From Gekko japonicus (taxonomy: Eukaryota), in contig NW_015171594.1 of assembly GCF_001447785.1 (NCBI RefSeq), positions 84,877 to 148,876 of the forward strand: a stretch of 64,000 bases of DNA. Direction: 5' to 3'. The stretch's first letter is position 1; every line of letters begins with the position of its first letter. The notes under the pieces were generated by a model, which was not told the DNA's origin, ran no database searches, and worked only from the letters and a program-made list of their open reading frames with translations. Of this stretch, positions 50,801 to 64,000 are shown in pieces. The translations under genes and the position numbers were made by a program.

Positions 50801-53800
50801 AACAGTAGGGTGAGAAGGATCACTAAGGATTACTATTGGAACAGGATCCGAATTACTATTATTATAAGCAGAGGACATAGAAGGATATCTGAGGAGTCGC
50901 AGCTCCATCCTCTACCCCCCTTCCCACACATTTCCCCCCTTTCCCCCAGCAGCCCCCACGGCCCCTCTTCTTTGATGACTTCTTTCTTCCTTCCCACCTA
51001 CCAAGCTTGATCACACTCTTCCTCCCTGCAGCAGAAACTAATCCTCAACAATGTGGTTTGGGGTAGCTATGGAAGCCCAAGTGGCAGCAAATATCTCACA
51101 ACATACTCTTACGATATCTTTTTTAAAGTTTCAATGTCTGCATTGATGCAGACATTGCTTCTACAGGACATGGCCTCATTTTCTGACTCATACTTGGGGC
51201 CAAGTTCAGAATTAGATCCATGATTTGAATCCCACCTGTTTCACCATACTATGCCAGGTGATAGCCTCTGCATTAATGATGAATTCTCTGCCTGGTGAAT
51301 CCTGTGGATTTATCCTTCCAACTTTCACTCTGACAAAGGATTTGTTTGGCAAAATAACCCAGTTTATAATATCAAATCCAGCAGCTATTTCACCATTCTC
51401 GTTAAAAAGTACCAGGTCTCCAGCAGTGTTGTTGAATAAGATGCTTCTCAGGAAAGGCTGAAACTAGATTGAAAATATACATGTTAACAAAGTGATAACA
51501 TTGTTTATAACACTCTAGGGTTTATAAGCAAAAGGCTTCGAGCTATTTCAATATAATTTTTGTCTCTCACAGCTTTTTGATGTGAGGCCTAGTTTAGATT
51601 AGAATAAAATTCCAGGATAAGGAAGTCTGTTAACTTGTTCTAATTCACACCACCCTCGGCGGACAACAGTAGCTTTAATGCATCATCATCATCATCACCA
51701 CCACCACCATCATCATCTTCATCATCATCATCATTATTATTATTATTTGGCTCAGGGCAGTTTACAATGGAATAGAATAATAAGTAATCTAGATTAAGTT
51801 AAAACCAGTAATAAAAAGCAGCAGAAAACAATAAATAAAACAAAATGGGGGAAATTGACAAAAACTGCCACCTCCCATAATCTCCTGAGGGCAGGTGATG
51901 TGGAGCAGGAACCCCAAGAGCACCAGACTACTTACATTTTTTAGAATTACTTTTTTTAGTGAAGAACACCACCTTGGATTTATGAGAATTTATTGGTGTT
52001 TCATGCCTTTATTCCAGAAAGTGGTGGCAAAGAGAAAATGGAGCAAAAGCAAGAGTCACATTTTTTATTTATGCACACACACACACACACACACAAACAA
52101 ATGAAATGGATGTTTTTGACTTGATTCACAAGGAATAAGAAAGTTGACGCCATACCTACTTCATCAAGTTCTCCAATCTATACTCTAAATATTGTGAGAG
52201 AAGTACAGAACAATATATTGACATTCAGACAAACTTCCCTAACTTGTACACAGGAAAGAGAAGTACAACAAACAATATGATTTTGGTTTTTCAGTGATAC
52301 CTACAGCTTCTATGGACAACTTTAAGAAATGAGAGATATTCAAGATTTGAAAGAAAGGGAAATGTTCTGTCAACATTTGGATGCAACGCTGCACTCCCTG
52401 TATCAGATACCTTCACATACCTGCCATGGTTGTAGATTTGAAAGATCCCATCTACTTCTGTCCACCACTGCTCTAAATTTCAGTCTGGATGTGTACATCT
52501 TATGCAATGCATGTGCTATGGCATAGACCGCATTGTAGATGCTATAGCTCTGGCCAGTCATGGTCATTTCAAAAATAATTCCAGGAAGGCTATCCAGCCT
52601 CTCTTCTCCTGTGCAAGCCTCATTATTAATTTCCTTCTTTTCCTCTGAATCAGACAATGTGCAGTTGAATGCCTGTTCCCAGAAGACCCTGATAAAACCA
52701 TCTTCTTGTTGTAAGCCAGGGCGTACCCCCTGAAGGAATTTTGGAAATTCCAATACCTGATTTGTCTGAATTGTAAAGGACAAGGCACCTTGAAAGATGT
52801 TCACATCAAGTTCCCTGAGCTCTGTCTGTGATGAGAAATCCCAGTGGGCTGTCATAATCCATACTATTCCCATGAAATCTTTGGTAATCCCTCCAAACAT
52901 TTCATTAACCCGTATCAACCATTTAAAAGTATTTATGGTCTGAAGCTCTGCATTTACAACATATAGTCTGACACTGGAATTGGCAAGAGAAGTGGCCACA
53001 GGAAGAACAGATTGCATTGATCTGAATGCATGTAATGCCTGATATAGTGGTGGCATCTTTTCAGTGTGGGCTACACAGATCCCATGTTTGAAAAGCATAG
53101 GTGTCAAAGTATGCACAAATTTTTCACCTTGATCATCATCCGTTACCATGATCCCAACCCACATCCATTGGAAATGCAAAAGGAGCCGGACAATGCCTGT
53201 GTACTGAACTTCTTCATTGGGGACCATGCGATAGAAGGAAGGGAGATGAATTTTAACATCACTCACTGGAGCAAAGACACAGTAGGCAATCTGAATAAAA
53301 ACAAAGGAATGTTCATGATGATACTGAACATTTGTGACAAGTTACAATGTGTCATCCCAATTAGCACTTGAGATGAAATCCAGGGATAAATCTTTAGTAA
53401 TAAAATACTAAATTGAGTTACAACCTTCTAATGCCATTGACTTCAGTGGATTTGGAAAGGTTTAACACTGTTTAGGACTGCATAATAAGTGTACTTAAAA
53501 ATCAGGAATGCGGAAGACTTTCCTGGGAAACATGCATAACTTATAGCTCTCATGGCATGAAACTTCTTTAATACTAGGGATGTTATCAAATATATGGAGC
53601 TGTCTCATACTGACTCAGATCACTGGTTCCTCAAAGTCAGTGCTGTCTACTCAGGCTGGCATCTGCTCTCCAGGGTCCCAGGCAAAAGTCTTTCACATTA
53701 CCTGCTGCCTGCTCTTTTTAACTGGAGGCAATGAAGACTGAAACTGGGACCTTCTACATACAAAGCAGAAGCTCTTCCCCTGAACAAGTTTACATGTTTT

Positions 53801-55992
53801 GAATATTCTCATTTCAGTCTTGCTTTGACATGTGTAAACTGAACTCATGAGTCTCTAGTTATTCTTCTCCAGATTTTGGCTTTTTAATTTTAGTTTGTCT
53901 TTGACTGGCATGAACCATCCCAATTAGTCACAAATAGGCATCAAACAGCTAAGTGGAAATACCTGAGCTTTGCTCTTGCCATCTTCCTTGAGCAGACTAT
54001 AACAAAACCACTGTGACAAAACAGTAGTAAATCCCCATCAATAACTTAAACAAGGAAATCTGATGTCTTTGTGCATTCTATATTCTCAATATAAATGATC
54101 TCAATAAATTCTTTTAACAAGGTAGTCTAGTCTCTCTCTATATTATATAATGTTACATGATCAAGAAGAAATATATATAAGTCAATATGCTAAAGAACAA
54201 GTCATTAAGATCAGGTCACTCAGTATTAGCTTGAAGAATGCAGCTGCAAGCAATTAATGAAGGGCAACTTTTAATTTTGAATCATGTATGTTGGTATTTG
54301 AGCAGTATTGCCAACCCTCTCAATAGGAAGCCTTTTGCTCCTCGTTATTAGGATATGGTGAACTGCATAACTGCATTGTGAAGGGATGTAACATTTGGTA
54401 TTGATGACTGTAGTCCTCCCTTAAGGTTTTATATTGTATTTTGGGAGATACTTGTTTGACATGCACAATACACTTATTGTTATTAACCAGCTCAAGTGTA
54501 TGTGTCAAAGGACTGGCTCTGATGAAGGTGGTGGTCACACGTACGAGATAGCATGGGGCGAGATGCTATTTCCCCCAGAGGAATCTGACCCGCAGTTGTA
54601 TGATCACACAGTCCTTTGTAGCTACGGGGGCAGCCCACCACTGCATGATCAAACGCAACCGCAGGGAAATTGGTGGGGTGTTTTTTTGCCATTTCTTCCT
54701 GATGTGCTTAAATGAGGAATTGATGAATTGCATATCAGCACTGAGGGCTCCCTATGGAGTTTGCAATGATGCGCATACTGAGAAGGGGGGGGGAGCAATG
54801 GCATGGAGTCGGGATGGTCAGACCATCCTGACGCCATGAGAGTGTGCTGCAGCGATCAGACAGGGGAAAGTCCGTCTGTGGCCCATAGCAACCCGTTTGC
54901 TACCAGACTTTCCCTGCTGTCTTTTTACTCCGCTTCTGCGGTGGAGCAAAACGGGTTGGCGATGGGTACGGGGCACTTCCCAGATGTTCGTGCCTGATTG
55001 CACCCTTTAAATCTGCCCAGCATTTGCACTTATGGCGCGGCTAATTGTGTCTGTGATTGCACCCAAAGATTGGATTGGAAACACCATCCTCACCTGGGAA
55101 TCACGTTAGTCAAGAATTACATCCCTGTCTTTTCCTTATCAGACAAGTTGTCTTGTTGAATAACTGCCTGTCAGCCACTTAGCTTCACATTCTACAAGTG
55201 GAGCAATTAACTTTGGAAATAAGTCAAATGCTGGACTATTATTGCTTTTCCTAAAAGTCAGTTCACGGCAGAGCTTTCATAGATGGAATTGGCTTTGACT
55301 GAACGTTATCAGCATCCACCTCAGACTTTTTTCTTCCAATATGATTTGTTCTTTATTTAGTTGTTCTTTAGGATATTGATTTATGTATATCACTTCTTGA
55401 TAATATAACAGAATATAGAATATAGAGATTAGGTTGCTTTGTTATAATTATTTATTGAGATCATTTATACTGAGAATAATATGTGTAACTGCTCTCAGGA
55501 ATGAATCTCTCAACATTCCCAAATGTATATACTGTCCAGGTCTTAAGGTGAGGGAGAAGCATCTTTCCTTGGCCTTAGGTCATGAAGGTGTAGGAAAGCC
55601 TGTTTCTTTTGTGTCAGAGTCATATCTGAGTCCTGAATTCCCCCTCCCTTTGGTCTGGGCAAGAATTGCAGAAGGAGAAGGTCATATTAAGAGAGCACAT
55701 TGCTGAAGTGGCAGAGAAAAAAAACTGTAGCCCTTCAGACTACAGGGGTGGAAGTTCATTTTTCAAAAATCTGCAAGATAAATACTTCCCTGTAATTTGA
55801 AAACCATCACAGCAAGCAAAACGCTAGGATCAAACCTTTCTTTCTGACGCACTACTTTTAATATGCAGGATTTTTTTTTTCATTTGGAGGAGCATTAAAT
55901 ATGTGATTTCTCCTCTCTCTGTATGAAGTGGTGCATCTCATCATACCATCTGAAGAGTCTACCACCTCTTTCTCTTCCATATGCAGTCTGCA

Positions 55993-56026
<34 letters not shown>

Positions 56027-57888
56027 TCACTTGCTTAGTCCTCAGGATATAGGAGGACAGTACAGATGTAAATGCTTGTTTTACCTGTGGGATCTTGTAG
56101 ACATTTAAAACAGTAGTGATGCGAAAGGCCATTTCAGAGTTCAGTCCCCCAACCACAGCTATCACATTTTTTGTCTTGTTGCAGTTGTAGTTGGGGACAG
56201 TTCTTTCCCAGGAAGATAGAAGCTTTAGAATGTTTTGATCAGTCATCCTGGCATTGAAATTGCCATCAAAGATCTGGAATCCCAGGCTGACATTGGGTAA
56301 GATCTTGGAGTTTTCATTAATTTCCTTCACAGCAAATGCAAATGACAGGACATGCTGGTAGCTCTTTGGTGATACACTAAAGGCAGGTTTATATTATGAA
56401 AAGAAAGAGATATTCAGCATTTCAAGAACCATCTACTGAAGTTTTAGATGTTATTGCTCGTTTCTATTTTGTGTGAGAAAATTCACTTATTTTTGAGGAT
56501 GCTTATGCACTTTTAAGCTATCTGCCCATCTCTTGAAGGCAAATCAATGGTCAGTGAAAATGAACCCTCCATACCCTACAGCTAAAACAATCATTTTACA
56601 GCACTGGAAGGATACATGCCCACTTCTGGTAAATGAATGGATTGAAGACCTTAGACTCTGTCAATATTTAACAGATATAGACAATTAAGGACATTTTTTG
56701 CTTTTGGAAACCTTTTATAGGAAATTAGGTGTAGAATTGCCACCATTGTTGTCATACTTTTGTCTTTATGAATACCTTTTCCCCATTCTTATTCTATTTT
56801 GTTGTGAGATTTGGGTTTTTGTGTTTTTTAAAGAAAGAAATCTAAAAAAAGGTATTTAGCATTTCAAGAATCATCTGCTGAAGTTTCAGATGTATTTCAG
56901 TGGTATATACATCTTATGTATTAAATATTTTAACTTGTGCTTCTCAGAAGAGGTTCAGTTGGAAAATATGATGGCAGGGCAGCGAGATAAAAGAGTAAAA
57001 TACTTAAACTCGTCCCCTACCCACAATGGGAAGCCAAGAAGAACCCGACAACAATTATAGTCACCAGCTGGATAGAATCAGTAGAAGCAGCTAAAGACTG
57101 AAAGCAGAAGCTTCATGTTGGGGCCATAACTGAGAAGCCCTGCATCTGAGCAGAGGAAGAACATGCCTCTCTGATGGATGGCACAGTGAGCAAGAGCTGA
57201 TTGGACGAGTAAAATAATTAATTCTGATGCAACACAAACATCATTTGCTTGCTAGTTTAGTTTCAAGTACAAATACTTTCCTTGGTTTTTTTCAACCGAT
57301 GGGATGAGTCTAACTGTTGGGCACTGCCCATTTTAAGATACAGATAAAATTCATGGGAATGATACAGCCAAGTTCAGCATATATGAATCCCATAGATTTC
57401 AACAGAAGTGTTACTTAGTGTAGGATCTTTACTGTATCTGGATTGTGCTCAGTCTTATTTGAGGGAAACATAAAACCCACAGCCCAGTCACTCCTGGTAC
57501 TGAAAACGTTTTCCTGAGTTGCTGAAGTCTGAGACATGACTGAGACTGTTTCTTATGCTCTTAGGTCCTGTCTGCAATCAGCAAGAAGGCTAGTTTTCCA
57601 GGTAAAGCACAACCTGGCCTCTCTCACTTAAAGACTATCTATCCTAATACACAATACAAAGTTGTTTCCTTACATAAGTCCATCTAGCGCCATAGTTGTA
57701 GGGTTTTCAGTGTAAGTGGTTTTATCAGAAAGACATCCATATTGAGCCATGATGCCACCAATGATTGCATCTCCTCTCTGAGAATACTCATATGGGAGCT
57801 GGAAGGGATCAGTCATGGAGCAAACATTGTGCGCCTTGCCCATAACATCAGGTAACTGTAGTGAGAGAAAGAACAGTAGGACTTCCAT
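46939..57888 (-). CDS. Vomeronasal type-2 receptor (class C GPCR), six coding exons, 875 aa, apparently intact
   Basis: Exons 57888-57674, 56376-56085, 53290-52421, 51463-51236, 50569-50443 and 47834-46939 (215+292+870+228+127+896 = 2628 nt). All introns are GT-AG with compatible phases. Signal peptide, Venus flytrap domain, nine-cysteine domain and 7TM are present. Confidence 0.93.
47990..48180 (-). mobile_element. 5S-derived SINE
   Basis: Reverse complement of the family at 42150-42470. Confidence 0.75.
48447..48652. mobile_element. hAT MITE (same family as 1881-2083)
   Basis: TIRs cagtgttccc / ggaagcattg. Perfect 8-bp TSD gtgatgac. Confidence 0.92.
50443..50569 (-). CDS. V2R exon 5 (cysteine-rich domain)
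   Basis: [42 protein letters not shown], 127 nt. Confidence 0.93.
51236..51463 (-). CDS. V2R exon 4
   Basis: [49 protein letters not shown]...W, 228 nt. Confidence 0.92.
52421..53290 (-). CDS. V2R exon 3
   Basis: SFYRMVPNE...[11 protein letters not shown]...[16 protein letters not shown]...PWQ, 870 nt. Confidence 0.95.
54527..55064. mobile_element. PIF/Harbinger-like MITE in V2R intron 2
   Basis: CpG-rich island bounded by ggtggtcacac / gtgattgcacc, similar to the termini at 30661 and 59156. Confidence 0.55.
56085..56376 (-). CDS. V2R exon 2
   Basis: [28 protein letters not shown]...PNYNC...YKIPQ, 292 nt. Confidence 0.95.
56452..56852 (+). mobile_element. L1-clade 3' fragment in V2R intron 1
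   Basis: Encodes [10 protein letters not shown]...EWIEDL...WKPFI remnants, has an A-rich tail and is flanked by a 41-bp direct repeat. Confidence 0.7.
57674..57888 (-). CDS. V2R exon 1 (signal peptide)
   Basis: [13 protein letters not shown]...[12 protein letters not shown]. Donor AT|GTAAGG. Confidence 0.9.
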
Positions 57889-58403
57889 TTGGGAGCAAAT
57901 CTTATTTCAAAATGCTTTTTTCTCTTTTGTCCACCATTTGATTCATGTTCCCTGTTCATAATTCCAACTTTGAAGGGCAAAAGGAAATTTTTATAGAAGC
58001 ATTCATCTTTTTTAGATTTATAGTGGGAATTCATTGGGCCTCAGAACTTGGATGTGACAATTAGCAATATGGAGGGTGAACCCTAGTAATTAGAAATAAT
58101 TACACTTCCAAGATCATCCCTCCAGAGGAGTATGCTGAGTGAGACATCACTTGCATCAGAAAAAGAGAAGCAAACATTTCTATGTTTTCAACATAACTTA
58201 GGGTCCTGTCTGGCTAAATCTGACCCAGAGGAAAAAGTAGCTGCACAACAACAAGGCCTCAGGATGGAAACAGAGTGAATTGACATCTTTGAGGTATCAG
58301 GCGGCCATGCTATTTCTAGACATGGACAAGATCCACACAGCATATTGAGAGTCTCAGCTTGAAACAAAGAACCAAACAAACTGAGGCTCAGTTCTGACAC
58401 TGC

Positions 58404-58686
58404 GGCTGATTTCACACTAGAGCTGCCTCAATGTTGCGCCACCGTTTGCCCCGATACTATTGGTCAATTTCACACCCAAAGCTGTGGGGCTGCATTTTGA
58501 CTCGCTGCTTCGCCCGATTTCCCCCTCAGTTTCATGATCCTGTTTTTTGAGGACCACGAAACTGCAGAGGAAATCGGGCGAAGCCACGGGTCAAATGCAG
58601 CCCCGCGGCTTCGGGTGTGAAATTGACCAATGGTATCGGGGCAAACGGCGGCACAACATCGAGGCAGCTCTAGTGCGAAATCAGCC
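58404..58686. mobile_element. Fold-back (fully palindromic) MITE
   Basis: ggctgatttcacactagagctgcctc ... gaggcagctctagtgcgaaatcagcc. The arms pair over about 135 bp each. Confidence 0.92.
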
Positions 58687-59155
58687 TGTGTAAAATCATG
58701 TAGTTCTGCAGTGATTCCACTGTCTATGGATAGCTGCAATTGATCTATTATTATTTATTAAGAGAACCCATTAGGCTTGATATTTTACTTTTTATTTTCA
58801 ACTGGAAATGTTTGTAACTATTACTGTAAGCTGCCTTGGAGCAGAAGAAAAGGGGCATATATTTTAATAAATATCTCCTGGAATTACGATGGATCTCCTG
58901 AGAACAGAGATTAACTCCCCTGGAGGAAAGGTTGCTTTGGAGGTTGGACTTTATGGCATTATACCCTGCTGAGGTCCTTCCCCTTACCAAACCCTGCCCT
59001 CCCCAGGCTTCACCCCTGAAACTCCAGGAATTTCCCAAACTGGATTTGGCAACCCTGGGGGGGGGGGCTCTGGAAATCCCCTGACCCAGGATGTTCCAAT
59101 TTCCTTTGTTTTGGATACAGTATCTCTCATCATCATTCAGAAGTTGCCACAATAA

Positions 59156-59684
59156 GGCCCCGGTCACACAGGCAGGAAACTGTGGGGGGGAAGTGTGGCT
59201 GTTTGCCCCGGGGCAAACTACCACGCGGTTACTTGATCAGACCTCCCGTGGAGGTCCTGTGGAGGTACCGTGGAGGTTCCATGGGAAGGGAGAGGTGCTG
59301 ATCACAGGACAAGCCGGCGCACAACAAAGAAGCGCGCGGCACGGCAAACTGGTTGTCTTTTTTTCTGTACACGACAAATGTGCATGCTCCGTTGGGTGCG
59401 TGTGCGCATCCACAGAGACTTGGGGGAAAAAAACATTATTTGCAAGGGGACATGGGCGGGCGCCGGATGCCACCAGAAACGTGATCAGACGCCCGCCCTT
59501 GCCCCGCAGTTTCCGGAAACTAGTACCTCCGAGGTACTAGTTTTTTGCCACGCAGTTTCAGCGGGAAGCCTCGGTTGAGCCACGGGAGTGCTACGCTTCC
59601 CAGATGTGCTGGTGAGATCGCGCCCAGAAACTCCACCTGTCTTCCGTCTCACTTGTGTGGCTACTGTTCCGTGTGACCGCAGCC
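59156..59684. mobile_element. PIF/Harbinger-like MITE
   Basis: TIRs ggccccggtcacac / gtgtgaccgcagcc. TSD taa / taa. Confidence 0.87.
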
Positions 59685-60729
59685 TAAACTGAACATTCCA
59701 GTGCAAATTTGGAAGGTCCGTAAATAGCCAGGGCCAGGTTGGGCCAATGATGTTCATTTTGGCCACAGCAACTCCTGTCATCAAACTGAAGCCAGAGGTC
59801 AATGCTGAGGCTGCTAGCTATAGTTTTGGATGAGTTACGTATGCCACAGACAACCATTGCCCCATTGCAAAAACCTGGGGGGAACATTCTTGGGATTGCA
59901 GGGGTGAGGAAGTTCCAAGTCCTTCCATTTTTTGGCACTGCCACTCCCACAACTACCATCAAGACATTGGATAAGTTTCAGGTTCATAGCTTTTATATGT
60001 GGATGAATTGTACCTGCCAAATCAGACAGATGGAGGGAGGGACGGAGAGAGAGAGGATTCTGCTTTTGCTTCAAACAATTTTTGCTGTTTGTTTTAAACA
60101 GAAAGCTCAGCTTTTTCTTTTACTCAAAGAGCTGAAATGCATTCTCAAAGTACTTGCCCCATCTTTCACTTGTACTAAGAACAGGTGGAATGTGGAGGAT
60201 TGTCTTAGACTCCAGATAAATGTTGAAAAGGAACAGTTTAGGTTAACTGGCTGACATGCAAGGCATACATTATGCTTTTTGAATATTGTTTTCTTGATGA
60301 TGTCAGTCCATGTATTTCCTGAATATGTTCAGAATATGTTCAAGAAGAAGAAGATGAAAAAGAAAGTTGTCAAATTTTGATTAGTTATTTCGTCCAATTG
60401 TTTTCCTGTTAATTGAAGCATATTCCCTAAATATGCTGAGAAGAAAGTAGTCAATTTTGGATGGACTACTTGGTCCAACTATTTTCTTGTTAATTGAAAT
60501 AAAACATAGATCTTCCTCCTCATGACTTCATTTTTGACATGGAATCTAACATGTACAACAAAGCCTCAAGAACGTCTTATAGGAGGTTTATGAAATTCTA
60601 TGAGATGGCAGTGAAGACTGCTGTGATGGACTCCAGGCTTGGGATCACCCTGCAAGAAAAGACACCTGCAGTCATGTGACTAGCAGTGGTGAAGTAATTC
60701 TGATGCAGAACTTGAGGGGGTTCCAATGA

Positions 60730-62853
60730 TTTTAAAAAAACACCTCTTGACAGTTGGAGTTTGGACATTGAGACTGTCAATTGTTATTTTTTGGTCAGTG
60801 GGTACTGTGCCAGGGGACTGACAACTCATGTCAGACTTCGCTGAGTCCGAGGACCAAAATGAGATTTCTCTACAGATTCCAATATTAAGGGAATCTGAGA
60901 CAACCAAAAAGATTAGTAATTTGGACATAACCTGTGAGGCATTTGCGAGCTTTTTTCTCTTTTTTTTGCTGAGAAAGTCTATTCGCTCTGCTGTGACATT
61001 CCTGCTAACCTTGATACAGGATGTGAACTAAAAGCCCCTTTGCTGTCTTTGGATTAAGTATTTGACAACTGCAGTTGGCTCTCTTAGGCTGATGTTGACA
61101 GGATCCTGAGTGCTGCAAAGCCAACCACTAGCCTCTTTGACTCATGTTCTTAGTGGCTGATGTGAGCCGGCAGTGAGGGTATATGGGGCCCTCTAATGAA
61201 CATTATCAATTGGTCCCTTGCCTCAGGTGTCTTTCCAGGGGGTTTAAAAGAAGCAATGGTAATACCGCTCTTGAAGAAACCATTGTTGGCTCCTTCTGAT
61301 TTATCCAACTACCCCCTGGTTTTGAATCTTTCTTTTCCGGGTAAGGAAGTTCAGAGAGCAGCTGCTGAGCAGCTTCAGAGCTTCCTGGGGGACACATCAG
61401 CTCTATACTCCTTCCATTCTGGTTCCTGCCCAGGTCACTGGATGGAGACTGTGCTGGTTGCTCTCATAGATGATCTCTGTGAGCACTTGGATCAAGGCAG
61501 GTTGGTGCTGCTATTATTACTTGACTTAACAGCAGCATTCAACACAGTGGATCACGATCTGCTGGTTCACCATCTTGCTGTAGTTGGATTATATGGGACA
61601 GCCCTGAAGTGGGTTGCCTCATTTCTTCATGGTCGGGGACAGAGTGTGGCGCTGAATGAGAGGGCTTCCTCTAGATACCCTGTGACATTGCAAGGTACCT
61701 CAGGTGGCTATCCTTTCCCTGATGTTGTTTAATATCTACATGCACCCTCTTGACCAACTGGCATAGATTCAGGCTGGGTTGTCATCAGTAAGCTGATGAC
61801 ATCTAGCTTTATCTGCTGGTAGACAGATGAATGAACACTGCCCCAGGAAATCTGGCTGAGGATTTGGAGGCTGTGGTGAAGCGGCTGAAGCAGAGTCAGC
61901 TGAGACTGATTCCATCAAGGACAGAGATTCTCTGGTTGGGTGGGGGAAATTCAGATTTTGGGTGCTAACTCTTGACCATGTACCTTTAACACTGGCACAG
62001 ATGGTCAGTAGTCTGGGTGTGGTCCTGGATGCCTCCTAATCAATAGAGGCCCAGGTCACAAATGTTGCCAGGCTGGCATTTTTTGAACTGTGTCAGGTCA
62101 TTCAATTTGCCCCCTACATGTCTCACCCCAAACTAGCCACAGTAATCCATGCAACAGTCATCTCTAGACTTGATTACTGTCATTCACTCTATGTGAGGCT
62201 GCCCTGAAGGCTGATCCAGAAGTTACAACTTGTCCAGAATGCAGTGGCTCAGGTCCTTCAGGGGACATCGATAAATGCACACATACAACCTTATGCTTCG
62301 CCAGCTGCGCTGGCTCAAGTTTGAGTACTGGGTCAGATTCTTGGCCTTTGAGGCCGTAAATGATTAGGAACCAATGTACCTATGGGACCACCACTCCTGG
62401 TATGCCGCCCCCGAGAGCACTATGCTCATGAGATCAACACCTTCTGAAAGTCCCTCGCCAAAGAGCATCCAGTTATCCTCAACTGGAGCCATGCCCTTCT
62501 CGGCCGTGGCGCTGACTTGGTGAAACTTCCTGCCTGCTAACATCATGGCCCTGTGGGACTTCTTACAATTCTGCAGGGCCTGCAAGGCCAAGCATATGGT
62601 TGAGGACAGCAATGGTTTCTTAACTACAGTTTTAACTGCAACCGACCTATTAACTGCTTTCTCTCCCCCTCTACCCCCAATGGTAATCTAAATTTGGATT
62701 AAAATTTTTGCACTATCAAGCCATGTAGATGTTAGGTTTTATGGCTTTGTAATTTAGACTGTTTTCATATATTTTGTATGAATTTGTTGTACACTGCTCT
62801 GAGCCCACTCATGGGGAGGGTGGTATAGAAGTTTAATGAAATAAATAAATAAT
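60730..62853 (+). mobile_element. Old L2 LINE (RT with many stops and frameshifts)
   Basis: LLDLTAAFNTVDHDLL and alignment along 12449-14578. (TAAA)n tail. Confidence 0.9.
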
Positions 62854-63585
62854 AGGGGGGAGGCAAGTGTTTCAAAATTGGCCACCCACTTCACGATTTT
62901 CATGGGAGTTGCAGTGCCAACTGATGTGAAAAGAATAGGAACATCCTTGCCATTGTAATCTCCAGAAAACCCCATCCCCCTGCTATTCGCATTGGAAGAC
63001 ATGGTTGTCTTTGGAAGTCATAAATCCTCAGAAAATAAAGCTATGAATCTGAAAATGGGACAATGAGTTCCAGATGTTGATAGGACTGGAAGATCATTAC
63101 AAATTACTTGTATAGTGCAAGGGTAGCTAAATATAAAAAGTATGTGAATGCAGTGTTTTGTTTGTAAGAGACAATATCCCTATATAAGATTCACTGATTT
63201 CAATCAATTCCACCCCTACCTCCCCCCCCCACAGTACTGGTTCTCAGTACCAGTACATACTGTCACACACACAAAAAAAGCCATGTGTGGATGTGACACA
63301 GCTTTTCAAAAAGAAGAAGAAAGCAATAGCAAAGCCAGAAGAAACCTGCATGATTTGACACACAGTATTTAGACTGGGAACACCTGACTTCAAATTGCTG
63401 TTCAGCAAAGAATATCACAATTTCTCAGCCTACCTTTCCAGAGTTATCACAATCAAACCAGAGATGAGGGGACAACAACAGCACACACTACCTTGAGTTG
63501 CAGGTGGAAAGAATTGACAAAAAAACCTTGTTTACTTATTGGTTTATTGCAGTCAAATGTTTGTAACAAATAAAAACTAGCATCA
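62130..63585 (+). repeat. Segmental paralog of the V2R 3' flank (43885-46455)
   Basis: Shared non-TE blocks, for example 45411-45610 vs 62988-63200 and 46225-46455 vs 63379-63585. Confidence 0.9.
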
Positions 63586-63599
63586 CCACAGGTGGCACT

Positions 63600-64000
63600 G
63601 GACACCTGATAGAATAGTAAAATGTTATGTGACAACAAATAGAAATTGTTGGAAATGTAAAAAAAAAATGTAAGTACGTTCTTGCATATGTGGTGGAGGT
63701 GTGAAAGCATACAAGAATATTGGCATAAAATATATATAATAGTAAAAGACATCACAGGACTTGAAATACCATTCTTACCAGAAATATGTTTATTGAATAT
63801 ACTCCCAGAAACAGTTAATAAAGAAAATGTATATGTAATAACGTATATTTTTATTGTGGCAAGGATAATGTTAGCTAAATGTTGGAACACAGACAACATA
63901 CCCTCAAAGGAAAAACTGATGGAAAATTGTTGTTAATGGCAGAAATGGACAGGTTAAGCTTAATGTTGCAAGGGAAAGACCAAGAGCTATTTGAAAAAAA
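63600..64000 (+). mobile_element. L1-clade ORF2 C-terminal fragment
   Basis: HMWWRC..IQEYW...LLNILP...ARIMLAKCW. Confidence 0.8.

Noticed and set aside
60356-60498. Two diverged copies of a roughly 58-bp AT-rich unit
   Set aside because: An old local duplication with no sign of function.

Overview
This is vertebrate genomic DNA. The repeat content (RTE-BovB, CR1, L2, tRNA- and 5S-derived SINEs, hAT and PIF/Harbinger MITEs) indicates a squamate, probably a gecko-like lizard; that assignment is inference. The window covers the junction of two chemosensory receptor arrays. The left 40 kb holds six single-coding-exon class II olfactory receptor (OR) genes, family-14-like. Three are near-identical minus-strand copies in a recent tandem triplication with a period of 7-8 kb: one runs off the window, one is a pseudogene through a 115-bp deletion, and one is intact. 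The other three are an inverted plus-strand paralog and two more divergent intact ORs. The right side holds an intact six-exon vomeronasal type-2 receptor (V2R) gene on the minus strand (46939-57888, 875 aa, all introns GT-AG and in phase). Its 3' flank is duplicated at about 62-63.6 kb, which predicts another V2R just beyond the window. The rest is mostly transposable elements, many of them precisely delimited by target-site duplications (TSDs) or by empty sites in the paralogous copies. There is one assembly gap at 17794-17931. I found no CRISPR array, no prokaryote-type system and no novel protein family. The most interesting signals are the close OR/V2R boundary, paralog differences concentrated in the OR binding pocket, a candidate O/E plus homeodomain regulatory island, and several unusual insertion architectures.
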